Source: Minisyncoccota bacterium (lineage in GTDB: Bacteria; Patescibacteriota; Minisyncoccia; Phycocordibacterales; GWA1-40-21). From it: a stretch of DNA of 50,792 bases. The stretch spans positions 70,592-121,383 of the forward strand of contig JBAYKL010000001.1 of assembly GCA_041664585.1 (NCBI GenBank). The letters are read 5' to 3'. The position numbers and the translations under genes are program-made. The notes beneath the pieces are model-generated. The model saw nothing but the letters and a program-made list of their open reading frames with translations, made no database searches and had not been told where the DNA came from. Below are positions 26,158 to 33,706 of the stretch, one piece after another (the stretch's first letter is position 1; every line of letters begins with the position of its first letter).

Positions 26158-26171
26158 ACAATTTAGTTTGT

Positions 26172-27179
26172 TTATTGAACGGCAGCTTCTTTAATAAAAA
26201 TCTTTTTATTCTTTGTATCTATTCCGACCTCAACACCTAATGGAAAAGTAAGTAAAGGTTTTGTATGCCCACAATCGATATTTGCCAAAATCGGTAAATT
26301 GTATTTTTTTGAGATTTCTTTTAAGAGTTTTCCCAAAGACCTCTTTGCTCCGCCAGATTCTTTAAACCCTCCAGAAACATTACCAAAAATTAGTCCATTA
26401 ATTTTTTCAAAAACACTATTTCTCTCCAATTCAATTATATATCTCTCATACCAGTCCGTCGACAACCCAGATTCTTCAAGAAATAAAATAGCACCGTTTA
26501 AATTGAAAAAACTCTCTTCTTTCATCAACATTACAAAAGTCTGTAAATTTCCACCAAAAAGACTCCCGGAAAAAGTCCCTTTTGGACCAAAAGAAACAAT
26601 CTTAGGTGATTCAACCATTTTCAACTTCTTATTATCTTGTTTTTCCCAATACTGATTATCAATTGAATATTTTTTAGCTTTCGGCAACAAGCCTACGCCT
26701 TTCTTAGAACTAATCAACTTCTCAAACTGATCAAAAGTAAAGGAAACAGAACCTTCAAATTCCCCGAAACTCGGCAAAAGTGTCGGTCCATGAAATGTTA
26801 CTATTTTGCTTTTTGACGTAATCATCAAAAGTAATGTCGTAATGTCTGAGTAACCACAAAAGATCTTCGGATTACTAGCTATCAATTTATAATTAATATA
26901 AGGCAAAACAGCATTAGCAGTAAGACCACCGGTTGAACATAAGATAGCGTCTATCTTTTTATCAGCAAAAGCGTTGTTTATATCTAAAGCTCTGTCTTTG
27001 GCTTTTCCACCGCTATAACCATCCGTTTTTAAAGCGCTTGGCATCATCTTAATCTTATAACCTCTTTTTTCTAAGAAGGCCACAGCTCTTCTCGTTCTTT
27101 TAGGAAACCTAGATATATCAGAAGAGGGACTAATGATAGCAATCGTGTCTCCCCTTTTTAAAGCTTTTGGTTTTAACAT
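26172..27179 (-). CDS. S66 peptidase (LD-carboxypeptidase LdcA / microcin C immunity MccF family)
   Basis: Catalytic-triad contexts: FCGYSDITTL (Ser), FLEESG (Glu), DCGHTKPLLTFPLG (His). Confidence 0.85.
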   Translation of the reverse strand: MLKPKALKRGDTIAIISPSSDISRFPKRTRRAVAFLEKRGYKIKMMPSALKTDGYSGGKAKDRALDINNAFADKKIDAILCSTGGLTANAVLPYINYKLIASNPKIFCGYSDITTLLLMITSKSKIVTFHGPTLLPSFGEFEGSVSFTFDQFEKLISSKKGVGLLPKAKKYSIDNQYWEKQDNKKLKMVESPKIVSFGPKGTFSGSLFGGNLQTFVMLMKEESFFNLNGAILFLEESGLSTDWYERYIIELERNSVFEKINGLIFGNVSGGFKESGGAKRSLGKLLKEISKKYNLPILANIDCGHTKPLLTFPLGVEVGIDTKNKKIFIKEAAVQ

Positions 27180-27189
27180 TTTAAAAAAA

Positions 27190-28002
27190 TTAAATACCTA
27201 TCTTCCTTGTTTTAAATAATTCCATTTCGTCTTTTTGCGATCTTTTTTGAAATAAAAAAATGGAATATTGAGCATACTTCAAATTTTGATTAAATAATTC
27301 AATAAACTTACTGTATTCTTTTTTTAGAACGTCTCTCTCTTTCTCGGGCAACTCCTGAAGATGTTTCTTACTAAAAATTTCTTCCACATAATTATTAATC
27401 TCTTTCTTTTTATCTTCATAACGGTAGGAAGACTCATATACCAACTCTAAACTTAAACCCGAATCTAGAGACATTTTCCTTACTAAATTTAACCAATAAT
27501 TCTTATCCCAAACTTGTATTTTTGAACCTATAGCGTTTGATATTTTATTAACAATAGATACTGGAGGTTTTTTAAAATAATAAATTGGAATAATTATTAA
27601 AATTCCACCCATTTTTAAAACTCGTAAATACTCAGAAAGGGCTTTTTCTTTATCATCAATAAATGATGTTACGTTACTTGCCCAGACAAAATCAAATGAT
27701 TCGTTCTCAAATGGAAGATTTAAAGCGCTTGCCTTAATAAAAGAAACTTTATTTTCTACCCCATTTGCTTTTGCATATTTCCTAGCCTCATCAATAGATT
27801 CGTCAACCATGTCTATACCAACAACCTGACCACCCGTGAGTAAACTTATATTTACACTCGTAAAACCAGTATTTGACCCGATCTCTAAAAGACGATGTTT
27901 TGGTGAAATAAAAGCATTCTTTACAACTTCATGCACTGTTTTTATACCGCCAGATGGACGGTTCCTTTCTTTAACTACACCAACAATTTCTGAGTAATTC
28001 AT
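27190..28002 (-). CDS. class I SAM-dependent methyltransferase
   Basis: Motif I LLEIGSNTGFTS, GIDMVDESI, and FDFVWASNV...LKMGGILII. Confidence 0.8.
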   Translation of the reverse strand: MNYSEIVGVVKERNRPSGGIKTVHEVVKNAFISPKHRLLEIGSNTGFTSVNISLLTGGQVVGIDMVDESIDEARKYAKANGVENKVSFIKASALNLPFENESFDFVWASNVTSFIDDKEKALSEYLRVLKMGGILIIIPIYYFKKPPVSIVNKISNAIGSKIQVWDKNYWLNLVRKMSLDSGLSLELVYESSYRYEDKKKEINNYVEEIFSKKHLQELPEKERDVLKKEYSKFIELFNQNLKYAQYSIFLFQKRSQKDEMELFKTRKIGI

Positions 28003-28082
28003 TATATTTTATATGTATAAAACTATATTAAACATATCAAGAGAAATGATAAAAAGCAAGATATATAAAATTAAAATTATGA

Positions 28083-28088
28083 TATAGT
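28083..28088 (+). promoter_or_regulatory. -10-like hexamer TATAGT 6 nt before ATG 28095; possible leaderless start
   Basis: tatagt at 28083-28088. No SD before the ATG. Confidence 0.3.
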
Positions 28089-28094
28089 ATCCTA

Positions 28095-28832
28095 ATGAAA
28101 GATACATTTGGTAAACAACTTTTTGCTCAGTACAAAAACAGAAAACTCTTAACCGAAATAGTGGAAAGAGATGATGGATTTATAGAAGAAAGTTCTTATG
28201 CCAGTCGTTATTTTAATAGTTATAAAAAATGGAGTCGCATAGAAAAAGAGGCAATGAAATTAATAAAAGGACCAACTTTAGATATAGGTTGCGGTGCTGG
28301 TAGGCATGCCTTGTATTTACAGAAAAAGGGTGTAGATGTTGTTGGAATTGATAATTCTCCACTGGCAATTAAGATCTGCAAACTTAGAGGTCTAAAAAAT
28401 ACAAAAATATTATCTATTGATGAAGTGGAAAAAATAGAAGAACGTCATTTTAATTCCATACTAATGTTAGGAAATAACTTTGGATTATTTGGCAGTTCTA
28501 GAAAAATAAAAACTATTTTAAAAAAGCTAGACAAAATAACCACAAAAAAATGTAAGATAATTGCTGAATGTGTAGATCCCTACAACACAAAAAACCCAGT
28601 CCACCTTAAATATCATAAATTCAATAAAAAAAGAAATAGGATGCCAGGCCAATTAAGACTGAGAATTAATTACAATAATATTAAAGGTGAATGGTTTGAT
28701 TATCTATTTGTTTCTATAAAAGAAATAGACAATTTATTAAAACACACGAACTGGAAAATCAGTGAAGTACTTGAAGAAAATAAATCTATCTATATAGTGA
28801 TTTTAGAAAAAAATAATTTTATGTTACTCTAA
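28095..28832 (+). CDS. class I SAM-dependent methyltransferase
   Basis: Motif I LDIGCGAGRHALYL, GIDNSPLAI, and LMLGNNFG. Its 3' end overlaps the alaS stop by 9 nt (convergent). Confidence 0.75.
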   Translation: MKDTFGKQLFAQYKNRKLLTEIVERDDGFIEESSYASRYFNSYKKWSRIEKEAMKLIKGPTLDIGCGAGRHALYLQKKGVDVVGIDNSPLAIKICKLRGLKNTKILSIDEVEKIEERHFNSILMLGNNFGLFGSSRKIKTILKKLDKITTKKCKIIAECVDPYNTKNPVHLKYHKFNKKRNRMPGQLRLRINYNNIKGEWFDYLFVSIKEIDNLLKHTNWKISEVLEENKSIYIVILEKNNFMLL

Positions 28833-30668
28833 AACAGCTTTTATACGTCTAACCCCAGCACTTGAAGCTTCTTCTTTAGAAATTTTAAAATGTCCAAGTT
28901 CAGATGTATTTGATACATGAGGTCCGCCACAGAATTCTGTACTAAAATCCCCAATTTTATAAACCTTCACGACATCTCCATATTTTGATAAATCAAAAGA
29001 AAGAGTTGTAACAATTTTCTTTGCTTCTTCTTTTGGCAATTCAAGCATTTCTACTACAATATTTTCTTGTATTTTTTGATTTACTAAATCTTCAACTGCT
29101 TTTAATTGATCTGTAGTAAGTTTCTCGGCCCAATTGAAATCAAAGCGCATTCTTTCTGCTGTAATATTGCTTCCTTTCTGTACAATTTCTCCACCAAGGA
29201 CTTTTCTAAGTGCCGCGAGTAATAAGTGTGTAGCTGTGTGATACTTAATTGTAATCTCACTATCATCCGCCAATCCCCCCTTAAATAATCCTGCCGAGGC
29301 AGTTCTTGAAAGATTCTGATGCCTTTTCAATTCTTCCTCAAATTCTTTTTTATCAACTACAACACTTTTCTCCTTTGCAAGTTCATTAGTCATCTCAAAA
29401 GGAAATCCGTATGATTGGTATAAATAAAATGCATCCTTTCCAGTAACTTTTGCAAGTTTGTCAAATTCCTTTAAGCCTTTTCCTAGTGTCTCACGAAACT
29501 TATTCTCCTCTTTTTCCAATTCATCAAAAATTATTCCCTTGTTTTTTTCTAATTCTGCATATTGATTTTTATACATTCCGATAACAACTTCTGCAATAAA
29601 TTTGGTAAAATTATTTTCTATTCCTAATAGATGTCCAAAACGAATCGCACGTCTAATTAAGCGGCGCAAAACATAACCGCCTTGAACATTGCTCGGCACG
29701 ATTCCGTCAGCAATTAAAAAAGTAGCGGCTTTTAAATGATCCGCAATCACGCGCATATCATAAGCGCTAGCCGATTCCTCGTATCTTTTACCGGATATTT
29801 CCTCAATTTTTTGAATAATAGGTACAAATAGATCTGTTTTGAAAATATCTCGGTCTCCATTCTTTGCCGCTAGAATTCTTTCTAATCCACCACCAAAATC
29901 GATGTTACCATTTGTAAGTAATTCAAAACCCCTTTCCGTTTTTACATATTGCATAAAAACATTATTACCAATTTCCAAAAACCTACCACAATCACAATTC
30001 ACATGGCATGGCTGATCCTTAAATTCTGAGCTTTCGTGCAAATGAAACTCTGAACCAAAATCCCAAAACATTTCACTGTCTGGTCCACCTGGCTCACCTA
30101 AAGGCATACTATTCGGAACACCAGAACGTGACCACCAATTTTTCTGAACATCATAATAAAAAATTCTGCCATCTTTCATCCCATTTTTTTCTGAATAATC
30201 AATTACTTCTGCATTAACACCCACACACCTAAATAATTCTTTCCAGGTATTAACAGCATCATCATCTCGCGAGATTTTTAATGTCTTATCTCCTCGAAAA
30301 ACTGTGACATAAAGATTTCTTGGATCAAGCCGAATCTCTTTAATCAAAAATTCAAACATCCAAGTAATCTGCTCTTTTTTAAAATAATCACCAAAAGACC
30401 AATTACCGAGCATCTCAAACATTGTCGTGTGCCTATTGTCGCCAACCTCTTCAATATCTACAGCTCTAAAACATTTTTGCGAATCAACAATTCTAGTTCC
30501 CATGGGATGTTTTTCCCCCAATAAATATGGCACCATTGGTTGCATACCGGAACTGGTAAAAAGTGTAGTTGGGTCATTTTCTGGAACCAAAGACGCTGAG
30601 GGAGTAATTATATGCCCCTTAGATTCAAAAAATTTTAGGTATTTTTCACGTAGTTCATCTGCCTTCAT
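28824..30668 (-). CDS. alaS: alanyl-tRNA synthetase, short form (catalytic + tRNA-recognition + editing domains, no C-Ala domain)
   Basis: N-terminus ELREKYLKFFESKGH...FTSSGMQPMVPYL. Editing-domain motifs HTATHLL and CGGPHV. 614 aa. Confidence 0.9.
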   Translation of the reverse strand: MKADELREKYLKFFESKGHIITPSASLVPENDPTTLFTSSGMQPMVPYLLGEKHPMGTRIVDSQKCFRAVDIEEVGDNRHTTMFEMLGNWSFGDYFKKEQITWMFEFLIKEIRLDPRNLYVTVFRGDKTLKISRDDDAVNTWKELFRCVGVNAEVIDYSEKNGMKDGRIFYYDVQKNWWSRSGVPNSMPLGEPGGPDSEMFWDFGSEFHLHESSEFKDQPCHVNCDCGRFLEIGNNVFMQYVKTERGFELLTNGNIDFGGGLERILAAKNGDRDIFKTDLFVPIIQKIEEISGKRYEESASAYDMRVIADHLKAATFLIADGIVPSNVQGGYVLRRLIRRAIRFGHLLGIENNFTKFIAEVVIGMYKNQYAELEKNKGIIFDELEKEENKFRETLGKGLKEFDKLAKVTGKDAFYLYQSYGFPFEMTNELAKEKSVVVDKKEFEEELKRHQNLSRTASAGLFKGGLADDSEITIKYHTATHLLLAALRKVLGGEIVQKGSNITAERMRFDFNWAEKLTTDQLKAVEDLVNQKIQENIVVEMLELPKEEAKKIVTTLSFDLSKYGDVVKVYKIGDFSTEFCGGPHVSNTSELGHFKISKEEASSAGVRRIKAVLE

Positions 30669-30700
30669 AATGTTTAATTATTATATCTTAACTTCTTTTG

Positions 30701-30758
30701 GCTCACTTAGCAAGTTATATAAAGTGATTACTTATATACCAAATTTATCTAGGTGAGC
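30701..30758. promoter_or_regulatory. imperfect 58-nt palindrome in the alaS upstream region
   Basis: gctcacttag (30701-30710) versus ctaggtgagc (30749-30758) match at 9/10 positions as an inverted repeat. A nested ttatata element lies inside. Confidence 0.3.
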
Positions 30759-30779
30759 ATATATTTAGCAAATCTTAAT

Positions 30780-31301
30780 TTATTTACATAAATATTTATC
30801 CAAATACACTCTAGCCTCTTTCAAAAAAGTCTGATCTCTCTGCGCTATGTATGTACCACCGACAAAATTAGTCGTGTTGATTTTGTTTAGAGCACGAGTT
30901 GCATCTTCATAAGAAAGCCAAACCTCTCTAAACCCATTTTTGATTTCATCTTCAGTAAAACTTGGTTTACCTTTCTTCCCATTAACCTTCACTAAATAAC
31001 AATATGAAATTTGTTTTAGTTTAGATTTGTTTCTATATTCTGTAATTAAACCAATTTCATTAACAACATCAACATTACAGCCTATCTCTTCCAAACATTC
31101 TCTTTTTAGTGCCACTATTTTGTCTTCTGTATCTTCTATCCCGCCACCTGGCAATTTATAATAATCATCTTTTGATGCAAATAATAAAGCAATCATCCCA
31201 TTTTCATCAAACACAACCGCACGTGCCGCCTCGCGTAATTTAAAGCTTTCTGCTTCAAAATCAGAAATATTATCTGGATTTATTAATTTAATTTGCTTCA
31301 T
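30780..31301 (-). CDS. NUDIX hydrolase
   Basis: Nudix box GGGIEDTEDKIVALKRECLEEIGCNV. Confidence 0.8.
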   Translation of the reverse strand: MKQIKLINPDNISDFEAESFKLREAARAVVFDENGMIALLFASKDDYYKLPGGGIEDTEDKIVALKRECLEEIGCNVDVVNEIGLITEYRNKSKLKQISYCYLVKVNGKKGKPSFTEDEIKNGFREVWLSYEDATRALNKINTTNFVGGTYIAQRDQTFLKEARVYLDKYLCK

Positions 31302-31651
31302 ATTTTTATTACCTCAATCGCCCAGACCCCATATTTTGGAATATTTTCTTTATATTCGTGAAAGGTATCAAATCTTTCAACGGCTTTTTCTATGCTTAAA
31401 ACACTCGAAAGAGCATTCCTTGTACCTTCGGCTTCTAGAAGTTCTCTAAAATCCTTGTAATGTCTTATACCCAAGATATTAACAACCATTACTTCATTGG
31501 TAACATTGTTTGTAAAAGTTATTGTATCCCCTATTTTAAAATCACTGTAGAGAAAATCGTAGTGACTATTTTGCACCCTGTTTTCTATTTTCTTTGTACC
31601 CGCCTTTATTGCCTTAAAAGGAACGTCATTTAGATCTAAATTGTAATTCAT
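31298..31651 (-). CDS. ASCH-domain protein
   Basis: 117 aa. FKAIKAGTKKIENRV...GDTITF...VNILGIRHYKDFRELL fits the ASCH beta-barrel pattern. ATGA overlap with the downstream NUDIX gene. Confidence 0.55.
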   Translation of the reverse strand: MNYNLDLNDVPFKAIKAGTKKIENRVQNSHYDFLYSDFKIGDTITFTNNVTNEVMVVNILGIRHYKDFRELLEAEGTRNALSSVLSIEKAVERFDTFHEYKENIPKYGVWAIEVIKI

Positions 31652-31653
31652 AA

Positions 31654-32157
31654 TTATTTATACACAGCAATTAATTGTCTTATTACAAGTTCTTCTGGTT
31701 TTATATTCTCTCCAGTGAAATCAAACCAGACTTTCATAAAGTCTTCTCTCATAATTTTCCTTTCTTTTCCTATCTCTGGGTCTTGGAGATAGATATAATC
31801 ATCATCAAGCCCTATTACCACAGAATAGTGCCCGTCAGCCACCTCTGAATCATTATAATCGCTTCTTCCTCTAGTAAACCAATCCACGATAACTGGAACT
31901 CCTTTATTAAGCCATAATTCTACATCCTCAAATGTACTATCGTTTTTTACTTCCGTACTAAAACCAAGTATTTTAGCTGCTTCAATAATATCTTTATCAA
32001 TAACTCCAATTCCAGGTGTAAGATTAGTTAACTTCGCCAATTCATTTTCACTTTTGTTTACACCATAATAATCCATTACTATTTTAAGAGAAGCTGGGCC
32101 ACACATATCTGCATGAAGAGTTTCTTGAAATGGTTTTGCGTCTAATTTTATATTCAT
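31654..32157 (-). CDS. stand-alone C39-like papain-fold cysteine peptidase
   Basis: Candidate catalytic Cys in MCGPASLKIVMDYYG, candidate His in DGHYSVVIG, and Asp in LQDPE. Confidence 0.55.
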   Translation of the reverse strand: MNIKLDAKPFQETLHADMCGPASLKIVMDYYGVNKSENELAKLTNLTPGIGVIDKDIIEAAKILGFSTEVKNDSTFEDVELWLNKGVPVIVDWFTRGRSDYNDSEVADGHYSVVIGLDDDYIYLQDPEIGKERKIMREDFMKVWFDFTGENIKPEELVIRQLIAVYK

Positions 32158-32633
32158 AATATTTTTCTTAAAATTATCTCCGTAGTCTCTTCTGGAGTTT
32201 GTTCAGAATTATCAATTATTTCTCCAAAAGATGGGTTATTTATCCCAATATCATAGTGATGTTTTATTCTCTCTCTTTCCCAGTCATTTAATTCTCTGGT
32301 CCCCCTATTTGTAAGTGTTTTTTCTATTTTAGGCGAAAGAGTGAAAAAGTAAATTTTAGTATCAATGTCCTTTAAACAATTCATTATGTAATCATAGTTT
32401 TTTTGAGATACTGGGTACGGAACAATCACATTCAAACCTCTATTTGAGAAATTCTTGATTACAGAAATGGCATTTTCTAGATTTATTGGTACAGCCTGAT
32501 CGATCGGCATCCACTCAGTCATTGTATGAAATACATCGATTTCTAATAAAGCTGAATTAGAAAGCTTAGTTGATAAGATCTTAGCAACTGTAGTTTTACC
32601 GGCATTTATTGACCCATTAATGAAAATTACCAT
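32154..32633 (-). CDS. P-loop NTPase/kinase (TmrB-like / AAA_33-type small kinase)
   Basis: The Walker A motif INGSINAGKTT sits at the extreme N-terminus. 159 aa. ATGA overlap with the downstream gene. Confidence 0.55.
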   Translation of the reverse strand: MVIFINGSINAGKTTVAKILSTKLSNSALLEIDVFHTMTEWMPIDQAVPINLENAISVIKNFSNRGLNVIVPYPVSQKNYDYIMNCLKDIDTKIYFFTLSPKIEKTLTNRGTRELNDWERERIKHHYDIGINNPSFGEIIDNSEQTPEETTEIILRKIL

Positions 32634-32673
32634 AACAATATGTTATCAAATATTCTACTCATTGACCATCTTG

Positions 32674-32682
32674 TGATATAAT
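32674..32682 (+). promoter_or_regulatory. extended -10 element (TGATATAAT), hexamer ends 6 nt before ATG 32689; possible leaderless start
   Basis: tgatataat at 32674-32682. No SD. Confidence 0.35.
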
Positions 32683-32688
32683 TTTTAT

Positions 32689-33042
32689 ATGGAAAATTAT
32701 CACGGTATCCTGATAAATGTAAGCCAAAAAGATGAAACTATCTTTAGTAAACTAAAAATTCTTGGGCAAAAAGAAGACGATGGATGGATTCTATATAGAG
32801 TTGAAATTAACCAAGAAGAATTAAATCAAAAGATTGTTGAACTGCAAAATAATCTAAATGACGGTTTCTATTTTCATTTTTATAAAGACGGCGAACTCAT
32901 CGTAGTTTTTAAAGAAAAAATATTTATTGTAAAAACAGACAAATCAACATGGGAAGGCATAATGGAGTATGGTAAATCGTTAAATATACCTCCGGAACAA
33001 CTAGATTTTTACCCGTGCAAAATTGAAGATGAAAAGTATTAA
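32689..33042 (+). CDS. hypothetical protein
   Basis: 117-aa ORF with an ATG start. I recognised no motif. Confidence 0.4.
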   Translation: MENYHGILINVSQKDETIFSKLKILGQKEDDGWILYRVEINQEELNQKIVELQNNLNDGFYFHFYKDGELIVVFKEKIFIVKTDKSTWEGIMEYGKSLNIPPEQLDFYPCKIEDEKY

Positions 33043-33049
33043 TCATTAA

Positions 33050-33055
33050 TATAAT
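33050..33055 (+). promoter_or_regulatory. TATAAT hexamer 6 nt before ATG 33062
   Basis: tataat at 33050-33055. No SD. This gene may alternatively be co-transcribed with the upstream ORF. Confidence 0.25.
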
Positions 33056-33061
33056 AAACAC

Positions 33062-33697
33062 ATGAAATTATTCTTATCTGGCGGTGGAGGAGCTGAAGAT
33101 TCAATCTTGTTAGACAAAAAGTTTGTTGAAGCCGTCGGCAAAGACAAACCGCTTTTATATATTCCTATTGCAATAAATACTGACAAATATCCATATCCAA
33201 GCTGTTATAATTGGATAAATAACACACTCAATCCTTTAGGTATAACAAATATTGAAATGTGGACCGAAAAGGAAGTTTGGGAGAAAAGCGAGGAAGAATT
33301 ACAAAAATTTGGCGGAGTATATATAGGTGGTGGAAACACCCCATATCTTTTAAAAGAATTGAAAGATTCTGGTTTCTTTCTAAAACTAGAAAAACTCATA
33401 AAAAATAACATACCTATTTACGGTGGAAGCGCCGGAGCAATAATATTCGCAAGAACTATTATTCCTTCCCTATCAGCTGACGCAAATGATGTGGGGCTAA
33501 CAGATTTCAGTGGAATGAATCTGGTTAAAGGTTACGATATATGGTGCCATTTTACTCCTGAGATGGATAATCAAATTATGGAATACAAAAATAAATATGG
33601 GCTTAATAAAATTGCAATACTACCAGAAAATGCTGGATTATATGTAACAGATGATAAAATAGAAGAAATTGGTTTAGGGAAAGTTAAATATATATAA
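33062..33697 (+). CDS. S51 peptidase (dipeptidase E / cyanophycinase family)
   Basis: LFLSGGGG, VYIGGGNTPYLL, and the nucleophile context IYGGSAGAII. Confidence 0.75.
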   Translation: MKLFLSGGGGAEDSILLDKKFVEAVGKDKPLLYIPIAINTDKYPYPSCYNWINNTLNPLGITNIEMWTEKEVWEKSEEELQKFGGVYIGGGNTPYLLKELKDSGFFLKLEKLIKNNIPIYGGSAGAIIFARTIIPSLSADANDVGLTDFSGMNLVKGYDIWCHFTPEMDNQIMEYKNKYGLNKIAILPENAGLYVTDDKIEEIGLGKVKYI

Positions 33698-33706
33698 AAT
33701 ATATAA

